From Thermoplasmata archaeon (lineage in GTDB: Archaea; Thermoplasmatota; Thermoplasmata; Thermoplasmatales; ARK-15): 64,000 nt of DNA. A program made the translations under genes and the position numbers. Under the pieces are notes generated by a model that worked only from the letters and a program-made list of their open reading frames with translations, did not search any database and was not told the DNA's origin. The stretch is taken from NCBI GenBank assembly GCA_049967255.1, contig JBMFTB010000002.1, forward strand, positions 2,747-66,746. The letters run 5' to 3'. Below are positions 55,574 through 64,000 of the stretch, in pieces (the stretch's first letter is position 1; each line of letters begins with the position of its first letter).

Positions 55574-57442
55574 ATGAATACCTTGTTTTCAGAACTCGAA
55601 AAAAAATATGATGTGGAACATGTAAAAAAGATTGAGAATATAAATAATCTGGAACTTTGGAAATTCATTGAAACATACATAGGAATTCTAAACCCTAGAA
55701 AAATTTTCGTTGTGTCTGATAATAATGTGGATGCGGAACAGGTTCGGAAAATAGCTTTAGAAGAAAATGAGGAAAGGAAACTCGCCAAACCTTTTCACAC
55801 ATATCACTTTGACAATTATTATGATCAGGCCAGGGATAAGGAAAATACAAAAATATTGATGAGGGAAAATCTTAAATTACCATTTTTAAATGTGATGCAA
55901 AGGGATGAAGGCATACAGGAAATACATGCTTTGATGAAGGACCAGATGAAAGATAGAACAATGTTTATAGGCTTTTTCTCACTGGGGCCAAAAAGTTCAA
56001 AGTTTTCTGAACTGGCTGTACAATTAACTGATTCAGCTTATGTGATGCATAGTGAATTAATGCTATATAGGAATGCTTATGAAATATTTAAGAAGGAAGA
56101 AAATTTAAAATTTCTTAAATTTGTGCATTCCCAAGGTGCACTTGATGAGAGAAAAACAAGCAAGAACATCAAAAACAGAAGGATTTATTTTGATCTTGAA
56201 AATGAAACAGGATATGCTATTAATACACAGTACGCAGGTAATTCAGTAGGTTTAAAGAAGCCAGGTTTCAGAATAACCATAAACAAAGCTTTGGAAGAGG
56301 GCTGGCTTTCAGAGCACATGTTCCTTATGGGTGTAAATGGTCCGAATGGAAGGATAACATATTTTACCGGTGCATTTCCATCCATGTGCGGTAAAACATC
56401 TACATGCATGGTTCCTGGGGAAAGGCTTATTGGTGATGATCTAGTATTTATAAAAGTAATGGATGGAATACCAAGAGCAATTAACATAGAAAATGGTGTT
56501 TTCGGAATAATAGAGGGCATAAATCAGAAGGATGATCCAATTATATGGGATGTTTTGCATAGCGATTCTGAGATTATATTTTCAAATGTTCTTGTTTCAG
56601 AAGGCAAGCCATACTGGAATGGGATGGGTGAGCCTATCCCTGACTCGGGTGAAAATCACAGTGGAGAGTGGTGGAAAGGTAAAAAAGATGCAGAGGGTAA
56701 GGAGATACCACCATCACATAAAAATGCAAGATTTACTGTAAATCTCAAAAATTTTCCAAATCTTGATTTAGATGCATTAGAAAGTTCCAGTGGTGTTATC
56801 GTGGGTGGAATTATTTATGGTGGAAGGGATAGCGATACCTGGCCTCCTCTTTGCGAAGCATTTTCATGGAATTATGGTGTTTTGAAGGGTGCATCCATAG
56901 AATCTGAATCTACTGCTGCCACCATAGGAAAAGAGGGAGTAAGAACGTTCAATGCTATGTCAATCATGGAATTCTTATCCGTTGATCTAGGAAAGTATCT
57001 ACAAAATTATATACAATTTCAGAAAAAATTGAAGAAGGTACCAAAAATATTTGCTGTTAACTATTTCCTAAGGGGAAGGGATGGTAATTTCCTCAATGAT
57101 AAAACGGATAAAGCTGCTTGGTTAAAATGGATGGAACGCAGGGCTAATAATGAACTTGATGCTGTTGAAACACCCATAGGTTTCATACCAAGATATGAAG
57201 ACCTAGTACCGATATTCAAAGATGTTCTTAAAAAGGATTATAAAAGTGAAGATTATGAGAGTCAGTTCACAATAAGAATTCCCGAATTGTTGGCGAAGAA
57301 TGAAAGGATCAGGAAGATATATGAAGGCATCAATACAACACCAGAAGAAATATTCACAGAACTTGATATGGAAAGGAAAAGGCTTATGGATTCAAAATCA
57401 AAATATGGTGACTATATCTCCCCTTTTAAATTTTATAAATAA
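55574..57442 (+). CDS. pckG: Phosphoenolpyruvate carboxykinase (GTP)
   Basis: 622 aa. FPSMCGKTS (kinase-1a P-loop of GTP-PEPCK), GDDLVF, and YGGRDSD-like motifs. Confidence 0.85.
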   Translation: MNTLFSELEKKYDVEHVKKIENINNLELWKFIETYIGILNPRKIFVVSDNNVDAEQVRKIALEENEERKLAKPFHTYHFDNYYDQARDKENTKILMRENLKLPFLNVMQRDEGIQEIHALMKDQMKDRTMFIGFFSLGPKSSKFSELAVQLTDSAYVMHSELMLYRNAYEIFKKEENLKFLKFVHSQGALDERKTSKNIKNRRIYFDLENETGYAINTQYAGNSVGLKKPGFRITINKALEEGWLSEHMFLMGVNGPNGRITYFTGAFPSMCGKTSTCMVPGERLIGDDLVFIKVMDGIPRAINIENGVFGIIEGINQKDDPIIWDVLHSDSEIIFSNVLVSEGKPYWNGMGEPIPDSGENHSGEWWKGKKDAEGKEIPPSHKNARFTVNLKNFPNLDLDALESSSGVIVGGIIYGGRDSDTWPPLCEAFSWNYGVLKGASIESESTAATIGKEGVRTFNAMSIMEFLSVDLGKYLQNYIQFQKKLKKVPKIFAVNYFLRGRDGNFLNDKTDKAAWLKWMERRANNELDAVETPIGFIPRYEDLVPIFKDVLKKDYKSEDYESQFTIRIPELLAKNERIRKIYEGINTTPEEIFTELDMERKRLMDSKSKYGDYISPFKFYK

Positions 57443-57467
57443 TTTTTTTAAAAACAAAATCTTTTAA

Positions 57468-57540
57468 TGCCGTGGGCCGGGATTGAACCGGCGGCCTCCA
57501 GATCTTCAGTCTGGCGCTCTCCCTGCTGAGCTACCACGGC
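57468..57540 (-). tRNA. tRNA-Phe (anticodon GAA)
   Basis: The reverse complement folds as GCCGUGG-UA-GCUC-AGCAGGGA-GAGC-G-CCAGA-CUGAAGA-UCUGG-AGGCC-GCCGG-UUCAAUC-CCGGC-CCACGGC-A. A TATA-like ttatatga lies about 20 nt upstream. Confidence 0.9.
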
Positions 57541-57646
57541 TCAATGGGGTAATTCATATAACAATAAATAAATCTTTTGATTTTTCTTTGTTTTATGAAT
57601 GATTAATAGAAAATATTTTAAAAACATAAGAATTAAACCATTCAAA

Positions 57647-59257
57647 ATGATTGTATTAGGAATTGAAGGCACTGCACATACGCTGGGTATAGGCATACTT
57701 GAAGATACCAAAATATTAGCCAATGTAATGAAGATGCTTATTCCAAAGGAAGGAGGAATACACCCAAGGGAAGCTGCAATTCATCATTCTGAAGAATTCA
57801 TTCCGGCCCTAAATGAAGCTCTAGAAAAAGCAAAAATTAATTTTAAAGACATCGAACTTGTTTCATTTTCAAAGGGACCTGGCTTAGGTCCATGTTTACG
57901 AACAGTTGCAACGGCTGCCAGAACAATATCCATGAAATTAAAAATTCCCATTATGGGTGTTAACCACAGCATAGCACATCTTGAAATAGGAAAGTTAACC
58001 ACTGGTGCAGAAGACCCAATTATGACATATTTATCCGGTGGAAATACACAAATAATTTCATATTCCAATGGTAGGTACAGGGTATTTGGAGAAACGCTGG
58101 ACATAGGCATTGGGAATTTGCTCGATAAATTTGCAAGGGAGATTGGAATACCTTTTCCTGGTGGCCCAAGAATAGAGGAACTTGCAAAAATAGGATCAAA
58201 GTATTATCAACTTCCATATTCAATAAAGGGAATGGATGTATCATTTTCTGGAATATTAACAGCTGTTTTAGCTCACAAAAAAAATGGTGCGAGCATTGAA
58301 GATTTGTCATATTCACTTCAGGAGACTGTTTTTGCCATGATGGCAGAAGTGAGTGAGAGGGCTCTTGCACACCTGAACAAGGATGAGATACTTCTAACAG
58401 GTGGTGTAGCAAGAAATAAAAGGCTCAGGGAAATGTTTGAAGAAATGGGCAGGGAAAGAGGAACAAGTATTTTTGTACCACCACAGGATCTTTGTGTAGA
58501 CAATGGCGTTATGATAGGATATCTTGGAAAAATAATGTATGAAAGTGGTATAAGGATGGAAATTAAAGACACATTTGTAGACCAAAAATTCAGGGCTGAT
58601 TCAATTGATGCCACTTGGGTGAATGGGAAAACGCATTATAGGGATTATATTGAATTCCCAGGTGCTGAGGCAAAAATAGAAAAATCAAGTTACCTGGGTT
58701 TTGATACAATTAAAAAAATAAGGGTGCCAAAACCTTACAGGATTGATGAATTAGACCTTTTTTTGAGGAAGGAAAGGACAAAAAAGGAATCAAGAATATT
58801 AAATGAGGTGAAGAAAATTGGAATAAGGGCACCATATATACTTGATATAGATCTCTCATCATTTTCTATAGAAATGGAGATGATAAAAGGTACTGATTTA
58901 AGAAAAATATACAATTCATTGGATGAAAATATGAGGAAAAAAATATGCAATGATCTTGGCAAAATTGTAGGCATTCTTCATAAAAATGGTATATCACATG
59001 GGGATTTAACAACAAGCAATATTATTTTAAGCAACGATGAAATATATTTAATAGATTTTTCAATGGGCGAGATCGATGCTGGCATAGAAGACCTTGGAAC
59101 AGATCTTCACCTTTTGAAAGAATCTTTTAAAAGTGCACACAGTGAATATATTAATGATTTTAACATCATCATGGAAAGCTATTCTAATGAAAATAAAAAT
59201 GCAAAAGAAATAGTTGAAAGGTTGTCAGAAATAGAAAAAAGGAGGAGATATTCATGA
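57647..59257 (+). CDS. kae1-bud32: Bifunctional KEOPS Kae1 (t6A transferase) - Bud32 (kinase/ATPase) fusion
   Basis: The N-terminal half has LGIEGTAHTLGIGI..HH..GPGLGPCLR..VNH (Kae1/ASKHA). The C-terminal half is a small RIO-like kinase (GAEA, HGDLTTSNIIL, DFS). The start is set at MIVLGIEGT (ATG 57647). Confidence 0.9.
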   Translation: MIVLGIEGTAHTLGIGILEDTKILANVMKMLIPKEGGIHPREAAIHHSEEFIPALNEALEKAKINFKDIELVSFSKGPGLGPCLRTVATAARTISMKLKIPIMGVNHSIAHLEIGKLTTGAEDPIMTYLSGGNTQIISYSNGRYRVFGETLDIGIGNLLDKFAREIGIPFPGGPRIEELAKIGSKYYQLPYSIKGMDVSFSGILTAVLAHKKNGASIEDLSYSLQETVFAMMAEVSERALAHLNKDEILLTGGVARNKRLREMFEEMGRERGTSIFVPPQDLCVDNGVMIGYLGKIMYESGIRMEIKDTFVDQKFRADSIDATWVNGKTHYRDYIEFPGAEAKIEKSSYLGFDTIKKIRVPKPYRIDELDLFLRKERTKKESRILNEVKKIGIRAPYILDIDLSSFSIEMEMIKGTDLRKIYNSLDENMRKKICNDLGKIVGILHKNGISHGDLTTSNIILSNDEIYLIDFSMGEIDAGIEDLGTDLHLLKESFKSAHSEYINDFNIIMESYSNENKNAKEIVERLSEIEKRRRYS

Positions 59258-59802
59258 AAATAGTGACACATAACAAAAATAAATATCTTGAATACAATGA
59301 AAAATTTAAAGAATATTCCATTGATCTTGAATGGGTGAATCTGGAATATTTAGAATTACAGGCGGACAATTTAGAAGATGTTGTTAAATTTTCCATCGTA
59401 TTTGTGAAAAAAACTGTAGCACCACCATTTTTCATTGAAGACGCAGGCCTTTTTATAAAGTCATTAAAAGGTTTTCCTGGACCTTATTCATCCTATGTTC
59501 AAGAAAAAATAGGTAATAAAGGAATTTTGAAACTAATGGATGGCATTGAAGACAGGAAAGCAGATTTCTATGCTATTATAGGATATTATGATGGTAGTAA
59601 TATAAATATTTTTAAGGGTCAGGTAAAGGGTGAAATAACCCTTGAGGAAAGAGGGAAAAATGGTTTTGGATATGACCCCATCTTTATGCCATTAAATTCA
59701 AATAAAACATTTGCAGAAATGGATATATTTGAAAAAAATATGTTCTCTCACAGATCTGATGTTTTTAATAAATTCATATCTTTTTTGAAAAAAATTCAGT
59801 AA
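59254..59802 (+). CDS. Non-canonical purine NTP pyrophosphatase (HAM1/RdgB/ITPase)
   Basis: THNKNK.LE, EDAGLFI..L.GFPG.YSS, FGYDPIF and FSHR are HAM1 family motifs. 4-nt overlap with kae1-bud32. Confidence 0.85.
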   Translation: MKIVTHNKNKYLEYNEKFKEYSIDLEWVNLEYLELQADNLEDVVKFSIVFVKKTVAPPFFIEDAGLFIKSLKGFPGPYSSYVQEKIGNKGILKLMDGIEDRKADFYAIIGYYDGSNINIFKGQVKGEITLEERGKNGFGYDPIFMPLNSNKTFAEMDIFEKNMFSHRSDVFNKFISFLKKIQ

Positions 59803-59838
59803 AAAAGATAAAATATACGAATTCATTTTCTTAAAAAC

Positions 59839-60216
59839 ATGAACTTGAAAATATGGAGAGAATACATTATTTACTTTTCAATTGTTCTATTAGTTTTGGG
59901 TTTGGTATTCTTTATTTTCTCAATTTATGGTATTTTTGCCACAAATTTGGCACCTAACTATGTTTTATCATTCAACAGATATGTGGGTGATTGGATTTAC
60001 TGGATTTTTGTCATTTCCCTAGCTATGACCATTGCAGGGCTGTACTATACATATGATTCAATAAAGAAGAGCAGAGAATTTTTTAAGTATCTGAATTCTG
60101 ACAGTAAATCCAAATTCATATCAAAATTAAAGGATCTTGAGATTCTTGCCTACAAACTTGGGCCAAAACACGAAGAAATGCTTGAAGAAAAGAAAAAGGA
60201 ATGGAAGGTTCATTGA
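59839..60216 (+). CDS. Small membrane protein (2 TM helices) with charged C-terminal tail
   Basis: 125-aa ORF with two clear hydrophobic helices followed by a Lys/Glu-rich tail. Confidence 0.55.
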   Translation: MNLKIWREYIIYFSIVLLVLGLVFFIFSIYGIFATNLAPNYVLSFNRYVGDWIYWIFVISLAMTIAGLYYTYDSIKKSREFFKYLNSDSKSKFISKLKDLEILAYKLGPKHEEMLEEKKKEWKVH

Positions 60217-61037
60217 CTAATTAATTGATTTATGAATGCTGGGACGCATTTGCAATCGTGTATTTCTTTTGTATAATATTTAGTAGGTATATCAACATCC
60301 CTTTTCCTTGAAATTTTTCTTTCAGATGCAAATGTAAAGCTCCAGATAGCACCTGGATATGTTGGTACAGTTGCCGTATATACATCAACAAATTTAAAAA
60401 CATTTTTCATATTGAAATATGCCTTTTTTAGATGCTCAGGATATAAAAAAGGCGATCCAGATTGCGTTCCAATGATGCCATACTCATTCAAAATGTTTTT
60501 TACATTTTTATAAAATTCTTTTTCAAAAAGTACACTAGCAGGTCCAACAGGATCGGTTGAATCAACAAGAACAACATCAAATTTTTCATCAGTGTTTTTA
60601 ATAAATTCTGAACCATCATCTATAAACAATTTTAGCCTTCTATCTTGAAATGAGGAACTTACACCTGGCAAATATTCTTTTGAAATATTTACAACATCTT
60701 CATCTATTTCAACAAGGTAAATTTTTTTAATGTTGTGCTTTAAGCATTCCCTTGCAAGACCACCATCACCTCCACCAATAATCAATACTTTTTCTGGATT
60801 CTCATGCGAGAATAATGGTATATGCGCAAGCATTTCATGGTAAATGAATTCATCTTTTTCAGTAAGCTGGAATGTTTTATCTATGAATAGAACCCTCCCA
60901 TAAGTGCTATTCTCTATGATGTCTATTTCCTGGAATTTTGACTTTTTATGTAAAATGTTTTTAGTATATTTCATTGAAAGCATAACATCCTCAGTTTGAA
61001 ATTCACCAAACCAACCTTTCATAAAATGAAAAAGCAT
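60210..61037 (-). CDS. speE: Spermidine synthase (aminopropyltransferase)
   Basis: YGRVLFIDK..Q.TEKDEFIYHEM..VLIIGGGDGG..VEID..DSTDP are canonical SpeE blocks. Confidence 0.9.
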   Translation of the reverse strand: MLFHFMKGWFGEFQTEDVMLSMKYTKNILHKKSKFQEIDIIENSTYGRVLFIDKTFQLTEKDEFIYHEMLAHIPLFSHENPEKVLIIGGGDGGLARECLKHNIKKIYLVEIDEDVVNISKEYLPGVSSSFQDRRLKLFIDDGSEFIKNTDEKFDVVLVDSTDPVGPASVLFEKEFYKNVKNILNEYGIIGTQSGSPFLYPEHLKKAYFNMKNVFKFVDVYTATVPTYPGAIWSFTFASERKISRKRDVDIPTKYYTKEIHDCKCVPAFINQLISQ

Positions 61038-61140
61038 TCTTTGAATAAAAAATTTTTTAAAGAAATCATATTATATATTATATTGAATTATAAATAAAAA
61101 ATTAAGAAAGATTTTTATAAAGAAAAACTATCAAAGTTCT

Positions 61141-61431
61141 GTGAAAGAATCTTTGGAAGAAAAAAATGCAGAACCAGTGATTATCCCGGGTTTCATTTAT
61201 AAAATCTGGAAAACAAGGATAAAGGAAAACTTTAATCTGGACATTGAAAATGATATTCTAGAGGTCCTGATAAAAACTTATTACGTAAGAAGTACATGGA
61301 AATGGCAAAGAGCTTACAAGAATATTGTGGATATAATGGTTAGAAAAGGATTTTCACAAAAGGAGTCTATTAATTATGCAAGATCAATCATAAATATTTT
61401 TGATACTTATGGTATAAAGGAATCAAGGTGA
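61141..61431 (+). CDS. Hypothetical small protein, translationally coupled to the downstream RNA methylase
   Basis: 96-aa ORF with a GTG start. Its stop overlaps the GTG start of the next gene (GTGA). No family recognised. Confidence 0.45.
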   Translation: MKESLEEKNAEPVIIPGFIYKIWKTRIKENFNLDIENDILEVLIKTYYVRSTWKWQRAYKNIVDIMVRKGFSQKESINYARSIINIFDTYGIKESR

Positions 61432-62030
61432 AAGCAATAAGTAAAAAGGAACTTTCGTTAATCCTTTCAAAGTTAGATTTGATAAGAGAGCCAAAAGTAC
61501 TTTTAGAACAGTATTCAACACCCCCAGAAATTGCCGTTGATATCCTCTTTATTGCAAAGAAAGATATTAAAAATAGAGTTGTGGCTGATTTTGGATGTGG
61601 AAACGGTATTTTTGCAATAGGTGCAAAGATCCTCGGTGCGGAATATGTGTCTTGCGTTGAAATAGACCCAGATGCTATTGAAATTGCAAAAATGAACTGT
61701 GAGAAACTTGGTATTGACATAAAATTTTTTAACATGGATGTTGATAAATTCAATTACAATGTTGATACTGTCATAGAAAACCCTCCGTTCGGTTTTCAAA
61801 GAAGGGGTGCAGATTTGCCTTTTATTATGAAATCACTTGAAAGATCTAAAACATTTTATTTGCTCCAAAGCTCAGAAGCAAGAAGCCATATACTAAAGGT
61901 TATTGAAGGTAAAGGAAAATTGATTATGGAAAAAAATTATAAGTTTAATTTACCTTACACCTTTAAATTCCACAAAAGTGAAATAAGAAAAATGGATGTA
62001 ACACTGTTTGTGGTGAAGGTGATACAATAG
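61428..62030 (+). CDS. METTL5-like N6-adenine RNA methyltransferase (COG2263)
   Basis: LEQYSTPPEIA, the SAM motif DFGCGNGIFAIGA, and the catalytic NPPFG. It sits next to csl4, as in the archaeal exosome neighbourhood. Confidence 0.8.
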   Translation: MKAISKKELSLILSKLDLIREPKVLLEQYSTPPEIAVDILFIAKKDIKNRVVADFGCGNGIFAIGAKILGAEYVSCVEIDPDAIEIAKMNCEKLGIDIKFFNMDVDKFNYNVDTVIENPPFGFQRRGADLPFIMKSLERSKTFYLLQSSEARSHILKVIEGKGKLIMEKNYKFNLPYTFKFHKSEIRKMDVTLFVVKVIQ

Positions 62031-62031
62031 T

Positions 62032-62607
62032 ATGGAAAAGGTAGTGGTTCCAGGTGAATTTTTAGGTACGATTGAGGAGTACGTCCCAGGTCAAAACGTT
62101 ACTGAGGTTGATGGTAAGATATATGCAAGTCTATATGGATTGCTTCATATTGATGAAAAACATATGACTGTTAATATAAAACCAATATCAAACCTTCCAA
62201 TGTTAAAGGTAGGAGAAATTGTTTACGGTGTTGTTCAGGAACTTTACAACGATTTTGCTTTAGTAACAGTAGTTGCAATTGAAGGTGTTGAAAGGGAAAT
62301 TTTGGGTGGAAAGCAGGATGCAATCATACATGTTTCAAAGATCTCAGACAGATATGTTGAAGAAGTTGGAAAAATGTTCAGAATAGGGGATATTGTTAGG
62401 GCAAAGGTGATCAAATCTAAACCATCATTGCAGCTTACAACGGCTGAACCTCAGCTTGGCGTTGTCAAAGGATTATGCATGAAATGCCGTGGTCCACTTG
62501 TTAAAATGGAAAATTATCTATATTGTGAAAGGTGTGGAAGAAAGGAAACGAGGAAAATTTCATCATATTACGGAAACATTAAAATAAAGGTAAAAAATAT
62601 TCCATAA
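62032..62607 (+). CDS. csl4: Exosome complex RNA-binding subunit Csl4
   Basis: N-terminal VVPGEFLGTIEEY, a central S1 domain (GEIVYGVV..HVSKISDRYV) and a C-terminal zinc ribbon (CMKCRGPL..YCERCG). Confidence 0.85.
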   Translation: MEKVVVPGEFLGTIEEYVPGQNVTEVDGKIYASLYGLLHIDEKHMTVNIKPISNLPMLKVGEIVYGVVQELYNDFALVTVVAIEGVEREILGGKQDAIIHVSKISDRYVEEVGKMFRIGDIVRAKVIKSKPSLQLTTAEPQLGVVKGLCMKCRGPLVKMENYLYCERCGRKETRKISSYYGNIKIKVKNIP

Positions 62608-62623
62608 TGGTGGATGTGTTTAA

Positions 62624-62782
62624 ATGAAAAAGAACAATGATGTAGAAAAGCTTAATGTGGAAGTTGAGAGGCTTAGGAAAGAGGTTGAAGAGTTAAAATC
62701 ATTGATGAGAGATCTTGTACAGATTGTTTTCAACGATGATGATTCTGACCCTGATGAGAGGGGGCCTTATCCAAATAATTGA
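62624..62782 (+). CDS. Small (52 aa) coiled-coil protein with acidic/Pro tail (not in ORF track)
   Basis: ATG 62624 is preceded by GGTGGA. MKKNNDVEKLNVEVERLRKEVEELKSLMRDLVQIVFNDDDSDPDERGPYPNN has a heptad-like N-terminal half. It ends 10 nt before the Sm gene ATG. Confidence 0.4.
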   Translation: MKKNNDVEKLNVEVERLRKEVEELKSLMRDLVQIVFNDDDSDPDERGPYPNN

Positions 62783-62792
62783 GGTGAAAAAG

Positions 62793-63008
62793 ATGACAAT
62801 GCCCATAAAAGTAATAGATGAATTCATGAACAAGCGTATTTCAATGCTTATGAAGGATAGCAGAATTCTTGAAGGTGTTTTAATAGGCTATGATGAATAT
62901 ATGAATTTAATAATTAATGATACAGAAGAAAGAATGAATGAATCAGTAAGAAAATTAGGTGTGGTAATAGTCAGAGGAAATAATATTTTAAGAATTGCAT
63001 CCAAGTAA
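62793..63008 (+). CDS. Sm-like (LSm/SmAP) RNA-binding protein
   Basis: RISMLMKDSRILEGVLIGYDEYMNLIINDTEE (Sm1) and LGVVIVRGNNILRI (Sm2). ATG 62793 is preceded by GAGGTGA. The 26-aa track extension from 62715 overlaps the small ORF and looks spurious. Confidence 0.85.
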   Translation: MTMPIKVIDEFMNKRISMLMKDSRILEGVLIGYDEYMNLIINDTEERMNESVRKLGVVIVRGNNILRIASK

Positions 63009-63009
63009 A

Positions 63010-64000
63010 ATGGTAAATTGTTCAGAGTGCGGGGGAGAAATAGACGAATTAACGCTTGTTTGCAAAAAATGTGGTAAAAAATACACAAGGGAAGAATATG
63101 ATAAGTTACTTGCAAATGTAATATTGAATGTTTTTGATGAGGATATAAATGCCAGATATAATACTCTTTCAAAAGAGATAGAAGAAATGGAAAAATGGAT
63201 AAAGGGAGAAAAGGAAGAAATAAGTAAAATAGGTGAGAATTTAAATGGTTCAATAGAATTCTCATTAGAAAAAGTTTCAAATATGGAGCAAATAAAGAAA
63301 AAGCTTGATGAACAAACATTGCTTCTTGAAGAAAGGACAAGGGAATTAAGCGAAAGGTTAAGTGAAACTGAAAAAGTAAAAAAGAAATTGGATGAATTAT
63401 ACGCAAAGGTTCTCCAGGAAATTAACGTTATTGGTGATATAAGGAGATCAAAAAACATAATTGAAAAGATATCTGAATATTCTGAAAGAATTACTGAACT
63501 TCTACTCGAAATGAACAAATTGAAAATTGAAACGACTGAGATTAAAAATAGGTTAAAAGAAATTTCAAAGATCCTGGGTGTTGAAAACATTGATGACCTG
63601 TTTTTAAGGTTAAGGGAAATAATTGAAGAGAACGGTCAGCTTAAGCTTGAGCTTGAAAGTGCCGAAAACAGGTTAAAGATGCAAAAGGAGATCTGGCAGG
63701 ACTGGATATCCACACAGAATGAAAAAGTAAAAAATCTTGCTGAATATGAACTTAAGTTAAAGGAGCAAGAACTTTTGCTTGAAAAGCAGTTGAAGGAATT
63801 ATCTATAAGGGAAGATCATATTAAAAATTTAAATGTAGATAAAGTAAGGGTAGATGAATCAAAGTATCAAACTCTTATTGAAGAAAACAATGGGTTGAAA
63901 GAAGAAATAAAAAGGCTTAACAATTTAATAGAGATTTTGGTAGCCGGAAAAGAGGTTCTTAAAAAAGACATTGATACTACAAAAGAACTTGAAAGGCTAA
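63010..64000 (+). CDS. Zinc-ribbon protein with very long coiled coil (3' end outside window)
   Basis: The frame is open from ATG 63010 to the window end (330 or more codons). It has an N-terminal CSECGG..CKKCGK ribbon, then continuous Glu/Lys/Leu heptad-like sequence. It is absent from the track only because no stop is reached. Confidence 0.75.
   Translation, partial: MVNCSECGGEIDELTLVCKKCGKKYTREEYDKLLANVILNVFDEDINARYNTLSKEIEEMEKWIKGEKEEISKIGENLNGSIEFSLEKVSNMEQIKKKLDEQTLLLEERTRELSERLSETEKVKKKLDELYAKVLQEINVIGDIRRSKNIIEKISEYSERITELLLEMNKLKIETTEIKNRLKEISKILGVENIDDLFLRLREIIEENGQLKLELESAENRLKMQKEIWQDWISTQNEKVKNLAEYELKLKEQELLLEKQLKELSIREDHIKNLNVDKVRVDESKYQTLIEENNGLKEEIKRLNNLIEILVAGKEVLKKDIDTTKELERL

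Noticed and set aside
10662-57540. Introns or split/permuted organisation in the three tRNA genes
   Set aside because: All three fold into uninterrupted 73-75-nt cloverleafs with standard 7-nt anticodon loops. No bulge-helix-bulge motif is required.
57541-57723. 60-aa minus-strand ORF upstream of tRNA-Phe
   Set aside because: It overlaps the tRNA promoter region and the kae1-bud32 5' end and has no supporting signals.
62888-63590. Two long minus-strand ORFs (172 and 200 aa) opposite the Sm and coiled-coil genes
   Set aside because: They are the complement of Glu/Lys/Leu-rich coiled-coil codons, which gives Phe/Leu/Ser-rich shadow frames. The plus-strand frame has a zinc ribbon, an SD context and tight spacing after the Sm gene.
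1-64000. Search for CRISPR arrays, rRNA genes, IS elements with terminal inverted repeats, or long tandem repeats
   Set aside because: Reading the sequence revealed no regularly spaced direct repeats and no rRNA-like conserved stretches. No transposase-like ORF appears in the track. The only mobile-element trace is the integrase-like fragment at 41402.

Overview
This is a dense (about 90% coding), AT-rich archaeal chromosomal segment. The archaeal call rests on aEF-2/aEF-1alpha, ribosomal proteins S24e and S27ae, Rpo7/Spt4, TFS, ABCE1, a Kae1-Bud32 fusion, Pcc1, Elp3, Hjc, short XPF, Csl4 and an Sm protein. The gene set and the heavily N-glycosylated, membrane-anchored surface proteins suggest a Thermoplasmata-like organism. 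That taxonomic call is inference from motifs read by eye; no database search was possible. Most of the window is housekeeping: the S12-S7-EF2-EF1a-S10 cluster, a six-gene por+ior 2-oxoacid:ferredoxin oxidoreductase block, carAB, pyrF, purC, glpK, pckG, speE, gcvPA/PB, several tRNA-modification enzymes, and three tRNAs (Glu-CUC, Arg-CCG, Phe-GAA). I found no CRISPR array, rRNA or intact mobile element. The best candidates for uncharacterised biology are: (1) a translationally coupled triad of KaiC/RecA-like genes with one canonical and two complementary degenerate P-loops (5.6-7.7 kb); (2) a bacterial-type queA in an archaeal context; (3) a wHTH gene overlapping a single-cluster, B12-domain-like radical SAM gene; (4) a possible degraded integration site at tRNA-Arg (integrase-like/SDR chimeric remnant, locally GC-richer gcvPA-gcvPB plus a COG3199 NAD-kinase-like gene, then 568 bp of non-coding sequence); (5) a Trm56-HD fusion in a four-gene overlapping operon with an enlarged Hjc-like nuclease; (6) uncharacterised small proteins coupled to ABCE1 and Elp3 (a GYD-like protein), plus a further small ORF immediately upstream of the Sm gene. 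All functional calls come from visual motif recognition on the supplied translations and need HMM/BLAST confirmation.
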